Below are positions 26,774 through 39,423 of a stretch of DNA of 51,724 nucleotides, in pieces. The position numbers and the translations under genes are program-made. The notes under the pieces are model-generated. The model made no database searches, was not told the origin of the DNA, and was given only the letters and a program-made list of their open reading frames with translations. This DNA is from Nitrospirota bacterium. Its GTDB lineage: Bacteria; Nitrospirota; Thermodesulfovibrionia; Thermodesulfovibrionales; Dissulfurispiraceae. The DNA is taken from contig JBFMCP010000022.1 in the NCBI GenBank assembly GCA_040754455.1, positions 2,573-54,296 on the forward strand. The letters are read 5' to 3'. Numbering within the stretch: position 1 is the first letter of the stretch; each line of letters starts with the position of its first letter.

Positions 26774-26776
26774 TTG

Positions 26777-27652
26777 ATGGAGAACCGTAGAATCGAAGTC
26801 GTCGTCGTAAGCGGCCTCTCGGGCGCGGGCAAGACCGTCGCCCTGAGGGCCCTTGAAGATATCGGTTATTTTTGTATCGACAACCTGCCGGTCACCCTCA
26901 TCGAGCCCTTCCTCTCCACCATCAAGACAGGAGAGAGCATAAAGAAGATCGGCATCGGCGTGGATATCCGGGAGAAGTTCTTTCTTGCCGACGTCTACCA
27001 TATCCTTTCGGCCCTCAAAAGCCATTACAATATCGAGGTCCTCTTCCTCGAGGCCGAGAAAGATGTCATGGTGCGGCGCTATAAAGAGACGCGGCGCCCC
27101 CATCCCATGATCTCTCTTGGTGGCGAGATGAGCATCGAGACTGCGATTGAAAAGGAAATGGCATACCTCTCCGGCATGAGGGAGGCGGCCGACAAGATCA
27201 TTGATACCTCCACCTATACCCCCCATCAGCTGCGCCATCTGATTATCTCGACGCACGGGAGCACCGGGGCGGCGCAGGGACTGGCGGTTTCGATCATCTC
27301 CTTTGGATTCAAATACGGGGTGCCTGCGGACATTGACCTTCTCTTCGATGTCCGTTTCCTCCCCAATCCCTATTTCATTCCCGAGCTCAAGCCGCTCAGG
27401 GGGACTGACGCTGCAGTGGCCGATTTCGTGCTGAAGCGCGACGAGACGAGAGAGTTCCTCTCACGGCTCACCAGCCTGGTCGATTTCCTGATGCCCCACT
27501 ACATCAGGGAGGGGCGTTCCTATCTGGTCATCGGTATGGGATGCACCGGCGGAAGGCACCGCTCTCCTGCCATTGTCGAAGAGATCGCGCAGCATATCCG
27601 TATGAAGCACGGCCTGGAACCGACCATTACCCACCGCGACATCGGCATCTGA
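26777..27652 (+). CDS. rapZ: RNase adapter RapZ (YhbJ/YvcJ)
   Basis: GLSGAGKT, CIDNLP, ETRRPHP, SFGFKYG, GCTGGRHRS. Confidence 0.95.
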   Translation: MENRRIEVVVVSGLSGAGKTVALRALEDIGYFCIDNLPVTLIEPFLSTIKTGESIKKIGIGVDIREKFFLADVYHILSALKSHYNIEVLFLEAEKDVMVRRYKETRRPHPMISLGGEMSIETAIEKEMAYLSGMREAADKIIDTSTYTPHQLRHLIISTHGSTGAAQGLAVSIISFGFKYGVPADIDLLFDVRFLPNPYFIPELKPLRGTDAAVADFVLKRDETREFLSRLTSLVDFLMPHYIREGRSYLVIGMGCTGGRHRSPAIVEEIAQHIRMKHGLEPTITHRDIGI

Positions 27653-28764
27653 TGATCTACCTTGACCACAACGCAACGACGCCCCTTGACCGTGAGGTGC
27701 AGGAGGCAATCCGCACGAGCTTTGCGCTCTTCGGGAATCCTTCGAGCACGCATCGCCTCGGCCTGGAGGCAAAGGCCGCTATTGAGCAGGCGCGCGAGAG
27801 GGTTGCCCGGCTCATCGGCGCCAATCCATCGGAAATTGTCTTCACCTCGGGCGGAACAGAGTCGAACAACCTCGCCATCATCGGCACTGCGTATGTCCAC
27901 CAAAGGGGACATCTCATCACTTCGGCGATCGAACATCCTTCGGTCATGAATCCTATGAAATGGCTTGAGCTGCGGGGATATGCGGTTACCTATCTTCCTG
28001 TCGGCCGCGACGGGCGTATTGATCCTGACGACGTCAAAAAGGCACTGCAAAAAGATACTATTCTGATCAGTATCATGCATTCGAATAATGAGACTGGCGT
28101 TCTACAGCCGGTGCAAGAGGTCGGTATGATTGCGCGTGAGCGCGGGATTGCCTTTCATACCGATGCCGCGCAGAGCGTCGGCAAAATGCATGTGAACGTT
28201 CAGAATACAGCGGCCGATATGCTCACCATCGTATCTCACAAGTTTTACGGTCCCAAGGGGATCGGCGCGCTCTATGTGCGCAGCGGCGTGCAGCTGACGC
28301 CCATTCTCTTCGGCGCTGGACACGAGCGGGGTATGCGTCCGGGAACCGAAAATATCATCGGCATTGCCGGGCTCGGTGAAGCCTGCGCTATTGCGCTGCG
28401 CGATATGGATTTCCGCATTGACCACGCGCTCCGGTTGCGGGAGCGACTCTATGAATTGCTCAGGAACGATCTTGACTGTGCACTGAACGGGCACCGGGAT
28501 TACCGGTTGCCCAACACGCTCAATATTTCACTAAAGGGGATCAGCGCAGAATATCTCATTGCGCAGTTGAGAGATGCAATAGCCATGTCCGCCGGGTCAG
28601 CGTGCCATGCCGGCACGCGGAGACCCTCCGCTGTCTTGAAGGCAATGGGCGTATCCGATGATGCTGCACTCTCCTCGTTGCGGTTGAGTGTGGGGAAAGA
28701 CAATACGCTTGAGGAGATAAAAACAGCCGCCTCCATGATTACCCGGACCGCTCGACGGTCATGA
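27652..28764 (+). CDS. Cysteine desulfurase (IscS/NifS group I)
   Basis: IYLDHNATTP, FTSGGTES, HTDAAQ, SHKFYGPKG, SAGSAC; ATG 27652 overlaps the rapZ stop. Confidence 0.93.
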   Translation: MIYLDHNATTPLDREVQEAIRTSFALFGNPSSTHRLGLEAKAAIEQARERVARLIGANPSEIVFTSGGTESNNLAIIGTAYVHQRGHLITSAIEHPSVMNPMKWLELRGYAVTYLPVGRDGRIDPDDVKKALQKDTILISIMHSNNETGVLQPVQEVGMIARERGIAFHTDAAQSVGKMHVNVQNTAADMLTIVSHKFYGPKGIGALYVRSGVQLTPILFGAGHERGMRPGTENIIGIAGLGEACAIALRDMDFRIDHALRLRERLYELLRNDLDCALNGHRDYRLPNTLNISLKGISAEYLIAQLRDAIAMSAGSACHAGTRRPSAVLKAMGVSDDAALSSLRLSVGKDNTLEEIKTAASMITRTARRS

Positions 28765-28907
28765 TTTCACCTCTTCGCATCCGTATAACTTCCGCCTAAT
28801 TTGCTATAAGAAATTATAATCGCCCGAATCCTTGACAAAGGAGTGGGCGCGTGTGGTATCGTTGATTTTAAGTTCCAAAAAACAATCAAAACGAAGAAGG
28901 TGAAAAC

Positions 28908-29330
28908 ATGCTAGAGTTTAATCAGTGGTTTTTCGTTCTTCTCGCCAATTTCCTTATTCTTCTGTTTGTTCTCAATAAAATTCTATTCAATCCTGTCGCC
29001 AAAGTGTTAAAAGAAAGAGAAAAGGCCACCACCGGCGCGCTCGAAGAGGCGAAGGCAATGGCCGCCAAGAAGGATGAAGCGGTGGCGCGGATGCATGCCG
29101 AGCTGCTGGCGGCAAAGAACAAGGCAAAAGAGGCGCATAATGCATTACGAGAAGAAGGACAGACAGCCCAGAAAGAGATACTCTCAAAGGCAGAGGCCGA
29201 GGCAGTGGCAATGATCGAGAAGGCACGGAAAGAGCTGCAGGCAGAGGCTGAAAAGGCGAGGGCGGCACTGAAAGGTGATATAGAAAAGTTCTCGGAAGAG
29301 ATTGTGAGAAAGCTGGTGAAAGCGGCATGA
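28908..29330 (+). CDS. ATP synthase F0 subunit b'
   Basis: N-terminal TM (LANFLILLFVLNKILFNP) plus coiled coil; first gene of the atp cluster. Confidence 0.88.
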   Translation: MLEFNQWFFVLLANFLILLFVLNKILFNPVAKVLKEREKATTGALEEAKAMAAKKDEAVARMHAELLAAKNKAKEAHNALREEGQTAQKEILSKAEAEAVAMIEKARKELQAEAEKARAALKGDIEKFSEEIVRKLVKAA

Positions 29331-29950
29331 ACGAAAAAAATTCAAAAATCAAACTGAAAAATTTTAAAGTACAGAGCCTTTCATTCCTTAATTTTGCATT
29401 TTGCTCTTTGCTCTTTGCATTCGCTGATACGGCTTTTGCGGTCAGCGGCGGGGAAGAGGGCGGTCACGGCTTCGGATCGCCTATGGAGTGGGTGTGGAGA
29501 CTTCTCAATTTCGGCATTCTCCTCTTCGTACTGATCAAGTTCGCCGGCAAGCCTCTCAAAGAGTACCTCCAGAGCAGAAAAGAATTGATCGGAAAGAGCA
29601 TCAAAGAGGCGCAGGAGGCAAAGGAGCTCGCCCGTAAAGCCCTCGCAGAGGTCGAGGAGCGGCTCAGGCTCAAAGACAAGGAGATCGAGGAGATCAAGAC
29701 AGCCGCCCTCCGCTCCGGAGAGAGTGAAAAACAGCGGCTTATCGAGGAAGGAGAGCGTTTGAAGGTAAAGATCCTCGAGCAGGCAAAGACCAACATTGAT
29801 TACGAATTAAAACGGGCAAAAGATACCATTAGAGCTGAGGCAGTGGAAGCTGCTGTGCAGCTTGCCGAAGACAAGATCAAGAACAAGCTGACGAAAGAAG
29901 ACCAGGAGAAACTCCTGCAGGAATCCCTAACATTAATAAGTAAGAAGTAG
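29327..29950 (+). CDS. atpF: ATP synthase F0 subunit b
   Basis: WRLLNFGILLFVLIKF..KP plus coiled coil; extended N-terminus. Confidence 0.9.
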   Translation: MNEKNSKIKLKNFKVQSLSFLNFAFCSLLFAFADTAFAVSGGEEGGHGFGSPMEWVWRLLNFGILLFVLIKFAGKPLKEYLQSRKELIGKSIKEAQEAKELARKALAEVEERLRLKDKEIEEIKTAALRSGESEKQRLIEEGERLKVKILEQAKTNIDYELKRAKDTIRAEAVEAAVQLAEDKIKNKLTKEDQEKLLQESLTLISKK

Positions 29951-30014
29951 GAAATAAGAAGCAAGAAGCTAAAAACAGGTTTGTTTCTTGCTACCTGCTT
30001 CTCACTTGTCACTT
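29938..30014. repeat. Heptamer-periodic inverted-repeat element (AAGYAAG class)
   Basis: AAGTAAG AAGTAGG AAATAAG AAGCAAG AAGC ... CTTGCTA CCTGCTT CTCACTT GTCACTT; contains the atpF stop codon. Confidence 0.7.
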
Positions 30015-30032
30015 GGAAGGAGAGCGTAACGC

Positions 30033-30572
30033 GTGAAAAGGGTTAAGGGTGTAAAGAGATATGCAAAGCAGTTTCTCAGCTCGATCGACGTGGAAGAAGT
30101 GCCGAAGGGTATTGAACAGCTGAACGCCATCGCCGGTCTTATGGAGAAGGACAAGCAGTTCAGAAACCTTTTGGCAAGTCCCGTCTTCAGCGATGCCGAA
30201 AGCAAACAGGTCATTACCTACATCAGCCAGAAGCTCAAGATGTCCGAGAAATCCGCCAAATTCCTTCAGTATCTTTCCGAGAACAAGGCGATCAGTGCAC
30301 TGCCGGAGATCATCAATGCCGTCGTCGCGCAGTATCTCGAGATGAAGAAGCGGGCAAAGGCCGTGGTGACTGCGCCGGCGCCGCTCAGCAAAGAGTACGA
30401 AGGCAAACTGGCGGGCTCATTAAAGCAGATTACCGGCAGGGACATCGATCTCGAATACGTCATCGATCCGTCGCTGCTCGGCGGCATCAGGGTACAGGTC
30501 GGTAGCACCATGTATGACAGCAGCATACGAGGCCAATTAGGGCTCTTGAAAGATAAGCTTATAAAGGGGTGA
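30033..30572 (+). CDS. atpH: ATP synthase F1 delta
   Basis: [15 protein letters not shown]...YDSSI. Confidence 0.93.
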   Translation: MKRVKGVKRYAKQFLSSIDVEEVPKGIEQLNAIAGLMEKDKQFRNLLASPVFSDAESKQVITYISQKLKMSEKSAKFLQYLSENKAISALPEIINAVVAQYLEMKKRAKAVVTAPAPLSKEYEGKLAGSLKQITGRDIDLEYVIDPSLLGGIRVQVGSTMYDSSIRGQLGLLKDKLIKG

Positions 30573-30576
30573 ACGC

Positions 30577-32085
30577 ATGGAAATCAAGGTAGATGAGATT
30601 AGCGATTATCTGAAAAAACAGATCACCGATTTCGAAAAACGCGTCGACGTCAGTGAAGTGGGCGTTGTTACCGGCGTCGGTGACGGTATCGCCAGGATTT
30701 ACGGGCTGGAAAACTGTATGGCATCGGAGCTGATCGAGTTCCCCAATAATGTCTATGGCATGGCCCTTAACCTCGAAGAGGATACGGTCGGAGCGGTTCT
30801 CTTCGGCGAAGACAATGCGATTAAAGAGGGCGATATCGCCAAGAGGACCGGAAGGATCATGTCGGTCCCCGTCGGTGAGGAAATGATCGGCAGAGTCGTC
30901 AATGCGATCGGACAGCCGATCGACGGCAAAGGACCGATAAACGCAAAGGCCAGCAGGATCGTCGACGTTGTCGCTCCCGGTATCGTTGACCGTCAGCCTG
31001 TGCGTGAGCCGCTCCAGACCGGAGTTAAAGCAATCGATGCGATGATCCCGATCGGAAGAGGCCAGCGAGAGCTGATCATCGGCGACCGGCAGACCGGAAA
31101 GACGGCTATCGCAATCGATGCGATCATAAACCAGAAAGGCGGCGATGTCGTCTGCATTTATGTTGCGGTCGGACAGAAGAGAGCCAGTGTCGCCCGCGTC
31201 GTAAAGATACTCGAAGAGCACGGCGCCATGGAGCATACCATCGTCGTCTCCGCAACAGCGAGCGAGCCGGCGCCGCTCCAGTACATTGCTCCCTATACCG
31301 GCTGTGCAATCGGCGAGTACTTCAGGGACAACAAAAGACACGCCCTGATCATCTACGACGATTTGAGCAAGCAGGCGACTGCCTACCGGCAGCTTTCTCT
31401 CATCCTGAGGCGCCCCCCCGGACGTGAGGCGTATCCCGGAGACGTCTTCTATCTCCATTCGAGACTGCTCGAGAGAGCGGCGAAACTGAGCGATGAGCTC
31501 GGCGGCGGTTCGCTGACGGCACTGCCGATCATCGAAACGCAGGCAGGCGACGTCTCGGCGTACATTCCGACCAACGTTATTTCGATCACGGACGGTCAGA
31601 TATACCTCGAGCCCGACCTCTTCTACGCAGGCGTGCGGCCTGCGGTCAACGTCGGTCTCTCGGTCAGCCGTGTCGGCAGTGCGGCACAGACCAAGGCGAT
31701 GAAGCAGGTTGCCGGTACCCTCCGGCTCGATCTTGCACAGTTCAGAGAGCTCGCAGCCTTCGCGCAGTTCGGCTCGGACCTCGATAAATCGACGCTGGCC
31801 CAGATCGAAAGAGGTAAGAGAATGGTCGAGATACTCAAGCAGGATCAGTATGTGCCGCTCCCGGTTGAAGACCAGGTAGCGATGCTCTTCGCAGGGTCGC
31901 AGGGATATCTTGATGATGTACCGGTCGAGGCGCTGAAGAGATTCGAGGCTGAATTCTACAGCTTTATGAAAGACAGAAAGGCAGACGTGAGAAACGAGCT
32001 GAGAGAGAAGAAGGCGATTGACGACGCGATGAAGGAGAAGCTCACGGCGGCGATCACCGAATTCAAGAAGGGCTTTATAATCTAA
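30577..32085 (+). CDS. atpA: ATP synthase F1 alpha
   Basis: [31 protein letters not shown]. Confidence 0.99.
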   Translation: MEIKVDEISDYLKKQITDFEKRVDVSEVGVVTGVGDGIARIYGLENCMASELIEFPNNVYGMALNLEEDTVGAVLFGEDNAIKEGDIAKRTGRIMSVPVGEEMIGRVVNAIGQPIDGKGPINAKASRIVDVVAPGIVDRQPVREPLQTGVKAIDAMIPIGRGQRELIIGDRQTGKTAIAIDAIINQKGGDVVCIYVAVGQKRASVARVVKILEEHGAMEHTIVVSATASEPAPLQYIAPYTGCAIGEYFRDNKRHALIIYDDLSKQATAYRQLSLILRRPPGREAYPGDVFYLHSRLLERAAKLSDELGGGSLTALPIIETQAGDVSAYIPTNVISITDGQIYLEPDLFYAGVRPAVNVGLSVSRVGSAAQTKAMKQVAGTLRLDLAQFRELAAFAQFGSDLDKSTLAQIERGKRMVEILKQDQYVPLPVEDQVAMLFAGSQGYLDDVPVEALKRFEAEFYSFMKDRKADVRNELREKKAIDDAMKEKLTAAITEFKKGFII

Positions 32086-32106
32086 AACTCACGGAGAGGA
32101 AGATAG

Positions 32107-32978
32107 ATGCCTGGATTAAAGGAAATACGAAAAAGAATAAGCTCGGTCAAGAGCACGAAACAGATTACCAAGGCCATGAAGATGGTGGCGGCGGCCAAGT
32201 TCAGGAAGGCGCAGATGCGGATCATCGAGCTGAGGCCGTATGCCGACAAGATGAACGCTGTGCTCTCAGGGCTTGCCAAGACGGTCGAGACAGGGCACCC
32301 GCTCCTCGAAGTCAGGCCGCGGAAAAAGGTCGAGGTGCTCGTCCTTACCAGCGATAAAGGCCTCTGCGGCGCTTTCAACACCAACATAATGAAAGCCGCT
32401 GTCAAGCTGATAAAAGAGCTGCAGGCTGCCGGGGTCGAGATCAGCGTCAGTGCAATCGGCAAGAAGGGGACTGATCTTTTCAGGAGACGCGGCAACACCC
32501 CGCGGCAGTCATGGGTCGGCATCTCGGGGAGGATATCGTACCTGAATGCGAAAGAAATTACCAGGGACATTATTGATAATTATACGAGCGAAACGTTCGA
32601 TGAGGTCTACCTCATCTATAATGAGTTCAAGTCGGCCCTGGTGCAGAAAGTCACTGTCACCCGTTTGCTGCCCCTCGCACCGGTAGGTGCTGAGGGAGAG
32701 ACGGCGCCGGCGGAGCAGGCGGATTTCCTGTACGAGCCTTCACAGCAGACGATTTTTGATATGCTGCTGCCGAAGAACCTCGAGATCCAGGTCTTCCGGG
32801 CGATGCTCGAGTCGCAGGCCTCGGAAGAGGCGGCGCGTATGACCGCGATGGAGAACGCCACGAAGGCTGCCGATGACATGATATCGGGCCTGACCCTGCA
32901 GTATAACAAGGCGCGGCAGGCATCGATCACCAAGGAGCTCATGGATATCGTCGGCGGTGTGGAAGCATTGAAACAATA

Positions 32979-32979
<1 letters not shown>
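32107..32979 (+). CDS. atpG: ATP synthase F1 gamma
   Basis: ITKAMKMVAAAK, SDKGLCG, ARMTAM, YNKARQASIT. Confidence 0.98.
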
Positions 32980-34491
<1,512 letters not shown>

Positions 34492-34494
34492 TTA

Positions 34495-34573
34495 AAATTC
34501 TAAATCCTAAGCACGAAACCCTAAACATAAGGTTGTTTTTGGTTTAGGATTTCGATATTGGAAATTAGGATTT
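34495..34573. repeat. Heptamer-periodic inverted-repeat element
   Basis: AAATTCT AAATCCT AAGCACG AAACCCT AAAC ... GTTT AGGATTT CGATATT GGAAATT AGGATTT. Confidence 0.8.
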
Positions 34574-34584
34574 AAGGAGTTTAT

Positions 34585-34995
34585 ATGGACAATAAGATAA
34601 GATTGGATATCGTTACCCCGCACGGACTGGTGCTGAGCGAGGATGTTGAGGAGATCACTGCCTCGGGAACCGAGGGCGAATTCGGTGTGCTCCCGGGCCA
34701 CGTGCCGTTTATCACGACGTTGAAAATAGGCATGCTGATTCTCAAAAACGGCGGCAATACGGAATATATCTTTGTCAACTCCGGCTATGCAGAGGTAACC
34801 GCCGATAAGGTGGTTGTCCTCGCCGACAGCGCCGAACGGGCGGAAGATATCGATGTCGAACGGGCGATTGCTGCAAGAAAGCGCGCAGAGGAGCGGCTCA
34901 GACAGGCTGAAAAGGTCGATTTCACCAGGGCTGAGGCGGCGCTCGAGCGGGCGACCATCAGGATTCAGATAGCTGAAAAAAGAAGGGCAAGGTAA
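34585..34995 (+). CDS. atpC: ATP synthase F1 epsilon
   Basis: LDIVTP, GEFGVLPGHVP, LADSAE. Confidence 0.97.
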   Translation: MDNKIRLDIVTPHGLVLSEDVEEITASGTEGEFGVLPGHVPFITTLKIGMLILKNGGNTEYIFVNSGYAEVTADKVVVLADSAERAEDIDVERAIAARKRAEERLRQAEKVDFTRAEAALERATIRIQIAEKRRAR

Positions 34996-35030
34996 GCCGG
35001 CTTTATACTGTTACCTAGTGTTTGGTGTGC

Positions 35031-35064
35031 AAAGGGGCGGAGTAATCCGTCCCTTTATTTTTTT
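35031..35064 (+). terminator. Rho-independent terminator after atpC
   Basis: AAAGGGGCGGA-GTAA-TCCGTCCCTTT followed by a T-run. Confidence 0.8.
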
Positions 35065-35132
35065 CTCTTCATATTTTCTTCACAACATCCGCGTACAATA
35101 AAGGCTAAAGAGCGTATTCCGGAGGTTTTTCA

Positions 35133-35492
35133 ATGAAAACAGCAGTAATGATGGTGCTGGTGCTCGGATTATTTCTGTCCGGGTGCAGTGCCGAAAAGTA
35201 CGGCCTCGGCGTCGACAGCAGCGCACCGACCGTCATGGTCAAGGACATTATTCTAAAGCCCGAGTTGCAGGGGCAACAGGTGAACATAGAGGGAAAGATC
35301 GTGTCCCAGTGCCAGTCGAACGGCTGCTGGTTTTTCCTGCAGGACGAGAGCGGACAGGTCTTTATCAACCTCGCCCCGAATAATTTTGCGCTTCCCTCGA
35401 GAATGGGCAAAAGAGTGAAGGTCACCGGGATTGTCGCCCGGGGGCGGGAGGGGGGCTACCAGATCATCGCGCGTGGGGTCGAAGTCAGGTAA
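35133..35492 (+). CDS. Lipoprotein, OB-fold-like (DUF4920-like) with CxxxGCW motif
   Basis: Lipobox LSGC; VNIEGKIVSQCQSNGCW; KVTG. Confidence 0.65.
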   Translation: MKTAVMMVLVLGLFLSGCSAEKYGLGVDSSAPTVMVKDIILKPELQGQQVNIEGKIVSQCQSNGCWFFLQDESGQVFINLAPNNFALPSRMGKRVKVTGIVARGREGGYQIIARGVEVR

Positions 35493-36655
35493 TGGGCTTT
35501 TTCAAGCTGGCTGTCAAGAACCTCCAGCGCCACAAAACAAGAAGTATGCTCACCCTTTTCGGCATTGCCGCTTCTGTCGCCGTGCTCTTTTCGATCCTCT
35601 CGTTCAACAAAGGGTTTGACCGGGGGCTTTCGCGCGAACTGGCGCGGACCGGCATCCACTTTATGGTGGTCCCCTCCGGGTGCGCCCATGAGGTCGCCTC
35701 GCTTGTCCTGCACGGCTCGGTCATTCCAAAATTCCTCGACACCACGGTAATGGAAAAGATCAAGAGGCTCGACGAAATCGAGCTCGTCACCCCTATTCTC
35801 GTCGCGCAACTCCCCAATCCGGAAAAGGGCCGGATCGACCTCGTATACGGCGTCGACATGTCGGCCATCGCCTCACTGAAACCCTCATGGGAAATCAAGG
35901 GCAGCGTTCCCGCTGCAGAGGATGAAGTTCTCCTGGGCTATGAGGTGGCCCGGCACGGCAATCTCGAAAAGGGCGCCACTATCGCTTACCCTCATCTCAA
36001 TATGACCTTCAAGGTTTCCGGTGTCGTGAAAAAGACCGGCAGCCAGGACGACGCTTTTATCTATGTACCGATTACTAAAGCTCAGGCACTTTTGAAGAAG
36101 CCTTCCGGTGCAACGGCAATCGGTGTAAAGGTCAAAAATCCCGAAATGCTCTCGCAGGTTACCGATAAGCTCACCGAAGAAGTGCCGGGAATCCAGATCG
36201 TCACCATGAACCAGGTGATGAACAGCATCTCCAATCTTGCAGCATCGGCAAAAGTGCTGAGCCTCTCCATTGCTTTCATCACCATCTTCATAAGCGCTGT
36301 AGGGGTCATGAACTCCATTCTTATGGCGGTGTTCGAGCGCACCCAGGAGATCGGCATGATGCGCGCTATCGGCGCATCCAGAGGCGATATTTTCAGGATC
36401 ATACTGAAAGAGACAACACTGTTGACGCTCTCCGGCGGCATGGCGGGCATACTCCTTTCAGTGGTCGGCACCGATGCCATCGAGGCGTTTGTACGAAAAG
36501 TGATGCCGTATGTGCCGAGCGGCGACATGGTGAGCTTCGAGCCGGGGATTGCGCTGGCGAGTCTTGCGTTTACCTTTGGGGTAGGTATCCTGTCGGGGCT
36601 GTATCCGGCATGGAAGGCATCAAAGATCAATCCGATAGAGGCGATAAAAGGATGA
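35492..36655 (+). CDS. ABC transporter permease, MacB/FtsX/LolE family
   Basis: NL.RHKTRS.LT..GI, VFERTQEIGMMRAIGA, GLYPAWKASKINPIEAI. Confidence 0.92.
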   Translation: MGFFKLAVKNLQRHKTRSMLTLFGIAASVAVLFSILSFNKGFDRGLSRELARTGIHFMVVPSGCAHEVASLVLHGSVIPKFLDTTVMEKIKRLDEIELVTPILVAQLPNPEKGRIDLVYGVDMSAIASLKPSWEIKGSVPAAEDEVLLGYEVARHGNLEKGATIAYPHLNMTFKVSGVVKKTGSQDDAFIYVPITKAQALLKKPSGATAIGVKVKNPEMLSQVTDKLTEEVPGIQIVTMNQVMNSISNLAASAKVLSLSIAFITIFISAVGVMNSILMAVFERTQEIGMMRAIGASRGDIFRIILKETTLLTLSGGMAGILLSVVGTDAIEAFVRKVMPYVPSGDMVSFEPGIALASLAFTFGVGILSGLYPAWKASKINPIEAIKG

Positions 36656-37308
36656 TACAACTGAGAGAGGTAGAGAAAGTATATCGAAGGGGGTCAGAGG
36701 ATGTCCATGCCTTGAAGGGCGTTGATCTCGATATCGGACATGGTGAATTCGTTTCGGTCATAGGTCCTTCGGGCGCCGGCAAAACGACCCTGCTCCATAT
36801 CCTCGGCTGTCTAGATACACCGACAAAGGGCATTATGAAGTTCGATGATGTCGAGGTCGAGGATATGTCCGAAGCAGAGCTTGTTGCCGTCAGGAGGAAA
36901 AAGATCGGCTTTATATTCCAGCAGTTCTACCTCATACCGGGACTTACGGTCTTCGATAACGTCGCACTGCCGCTCCTCTTCAACAGGAGCAAAGTGGAGA
37001 GCGACCGTATCGAATCGATCATCGACCGGGTCGGCCTCGGGGATCGGAGCCGTCACACCCCGAGCCAGCTGAGCGGCGGCGAGATGCAGCGGGTGACGAT
37101 TGCACGGGCGTTGGTGAACAATCCCGAAGTCATCCTTGCCGATGAACCGACAGGCAACCTCGATACCGAAAACAGCGAACGCATCTTCGAACTCCTTACG
37201 TCACTTCACAAGAACGGCCTGACGGTAGTTATGATTACCCACAATAACGAGCTCGCTACGCGGGCGGACAGAGTGATACGGCTGAAAGACGGAAAAGTCG
37301 TCTCATAG
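36652..37308 (+). CDS. ABC transporter ATP-binding protein (LolD/MacB-like)
   Basis: [29 protein letters not shown] 36652. Confidence 0.93.
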   Translation: MIQLREVEKVYRRGSEDVHALKGVDLDIGHGEFVSVIGPSGAGKTTLLHILGCLDTPTKGIMKFDDVEVEDMSEAELVAVRRKKIGFIFQQFYLIPGLTVFDNVALPLLFNRSKVESDRIESIIDRVGLGDRSRHTPSQLSGGEMQRVTIARALVNNPEVILADEPTGNLDTENSERIFELLTSLHKNGLTVVMITHNNELATRADRVIRLKDGKVVS

Positions 37309-38538
37309 CCTTCTTCTGAAGAGCGAATAAAAGTGCTCTTTCAGCTTCTCTGTAAGAGGTCTCTTCTGCCAGGTGTTGAGCTCTATCCTTTCCGAATGTC
37401 TTAGATCCTCCTCAAACACCTCATCCATCTTCGCCGCAAACTCGGGATCAAGAATGCCCACATTGCCTTCATCATTGTATCGAAATGATTGGAAATCGAG
37501 GTTGGTTGAGCCCACGATACCCCAGCAGTCGTCGAAGAGAGATGACTTTGCGTGAAGGATCTCTCCGGAATAGAGATAAATCTCCACACCTGCCCGCAGA
37601 AGTCTCGAAAAGAACGCCTTTCCCGCATAGGATGCTGCAGGGACATCGCTGACTCCCGGTACGATAAGCCTGACTTTTACCCCGCGGTTCACCGCCTGCT
37701 CGAGGGTCTCGACCATTCTCCAGCTCGGGGTAAAGTAGGCGGTGGTCAGAGAGATGCTCTTCCGGGCATGGTTGATGCTATAGTAGAGCAACCTGCGCAT
37801 CTTCCTCCTGTCCTTTGCGGAATTGGTGACGATAGGGATCACCGGAATGCAGCAACAGGGGGCGTGAGCATCACAGGCAACCTTCCTGTCCGTTGTATTC
37901 GAGTGGAAGTCAATCGTCTCCCTGCTCCAGGTGAGCCAATCCTTCTTGAACGCCTTGAAGAGCTCGTACGCAATGGGGCCCTCAAGCATGATGCCGGTGT
38001 CGCGCCACCCCCTTCCACGTCGCCGCAGATGGAAGCCGCTATATTCGTTGGCGATATTCAGCCCCCCCATGAACGCCTTCAGGCAGTCGACCACGATGAG
38101 CTTGCGGTGGTTGCGGTGTACATATCCTGAAGGAGCGGTCCATTTGAAGGGACGTGAAGCGCGCACGTTGACGCCTGCTGCTTTCAGGTCTTTCCAGAAG
38201 CGCCGCGGCGTGCCAAGGGAGCCGAAGTGGTCGTAAAGCACGTACACCCTCACGCCCTCGCGACTCTTCTGTTTGAGGATTTCGGCCAGCTCATTGCCGG
38301 TCTCGTCATTGCGGAAAATGTAGAATTCAAGGCAGATCAGCCTCTCCGCCTTTTTCACGGCGTCGAAAATCGTATCGAAAGAGTCTTTCCCTTTCCAGAG
38401 CAGCTGTACCGATGTGGCGACCGAGAACCTGCTCTTGAAGATTGATTCAATGGAGTGGATGGTAAACGTGGGCGCCGGTTCTTTTGCTGTCGTATGCAGT
38501 ATATTTGTATCCATATGCCGGAATAGAGGAGACGACAT
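37303..38538 (-). CDS. Cardiolipin synthase / phospholipase D family (ClsB-like)
   Basis: Two HKD motifs (HRKLIVVD, HAKSSLFD), GGLNI, GSTNLD; no N-terminal TM; start uncertain. Confidence 0.9.
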   Translation of the reverse strand: MSSPLFRHMDTNILHTTAKEPAPTFTIHSIESIFKSRFSVATSVQLLWKGKDSFDTIFDAVKKAERLICLEFYIFRNDETGNELAEILKQKSREGVRVYVLYDHFGSLGTPRRFWKDLKAAGVNVRASRPFKWTAPSGYVHRNHRKLIVVDCLKAFMGGLNIANEYSGFHLRRRGRGWRDTGIMLEGPIAYELFKAFKKDWLTWSRETIDFHSNTTDRKVACDAHAPCCCIPVIPIVTNSAKDRRKMRRLLYYSINHARKSISLTTAYFTPSWRMVETLEQAVNRGVKVRLIVPGVSDVPAASYAGKAFFSRLLRAGVEIYLYSGEILHAKSSLFDDCWGIVGSTNLDFQSFRYNDEGNVGILDPEFAAKMDEVFEEDLRHSERIELNTWQKRPLTEKLKEHFYSLFRRRL

Positions 38539-38682
38539 AAGTATATGTAAGCGTACATTATTTAGTGCCTATTTTCAATCATAAACTTATCCGGATAGGT
38601 AGCGTATTTTCAACTTCAATTTCTGTATAAATCTTTGTACAATGTCCCTGGATCGTGAATCCGAACTATTTCCATTTACAAC

Positions 38683-39423
38683 ATGAAAAAGGGGAGCACT
38701 ATGTTTATTCTTGAGAACATCACCATGAATGAGTTCAAAAGATACCTGAAGCAGACGAAGACGATTATCTTTCCTTTCGGTACCATCGAGGAGCACGGGA
38801 GCCACCTGCCGCTGAACACCGATGCGCTGATCATTTATGAAGCGCTCAGGATGGTCGCACGAAAGAAGAGATTCTTTCTTGCTCCGCTCACCTACTACGG
38901 CGTCTGCACGACGACGAAAGATCACCCGGGCACGATAAGTATCACGCCCGCGACATTGAGGATGCTCTCGCGGGACCTTGTCGTTGAAGCGTATAAAAAG
39001 GGGTTGCGGAACTTCCTGCTCATTTCCGGTCACGGCGGCAGCCAGCACATGTCGGCGCTGAAGGAGACGGCAGAGGATCTCGTGGAGACATTAAAGGGGA
39101 TAACGATTGCAGCGCTCACCCCTTATGATCTCTCGTGGAAGGAGCTGTCGCAGATAGCGGAGACGCCGAATGATTCACACGCGGGTGAGCTTGAGACGTC
39201 GATGATGCTCTATCTGGCCCCTGAACTGGTAAAGGGAAGGGCGGCTGAAGAGTATCCGAAGATCCCAAAACCGTTCAGTGTGAAGGACAGGGTAAAGCAT
39301 TGGCCCGGCGGTGTATGGGGTAACCCGAAAAAAGCGACAAAAGAAAAGGGCGAAAAGGCATTGAAGGTGATGGCGGATAAAATTATGGAAATTCTTGCTA
39401 TGATTGAGCGTAAGAAAAAATAA
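38683..39423 (+). CDS. Creatininase-family amidohydrolase
   Basis: GTIEEHGSHLPLNTD, HPGTI, SGHGG, HAGELETS; start may be 38701. Confidence 0.9.
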   Translation: MKKGSTMFILENITMNEFKRYLKQTKTIIFPFGTIEEHGSHLPLNTDALIIYEALRMVARKKRFFLAPLTYYGVCTTTKDHPGTISITPATLRMLSRDLVVEAYKKGLRNFLLISGHGGSQHMSALKETAEDLVETLKGITIAALTPYDLSWKELSQIAETPNDSHAGELETSMMLYLAPELVKGRAAEEYPKIPKPFSVKDRVKHWPGGVWGNPKKATKEKGEKALKVMADKIMEILAMIERKKK

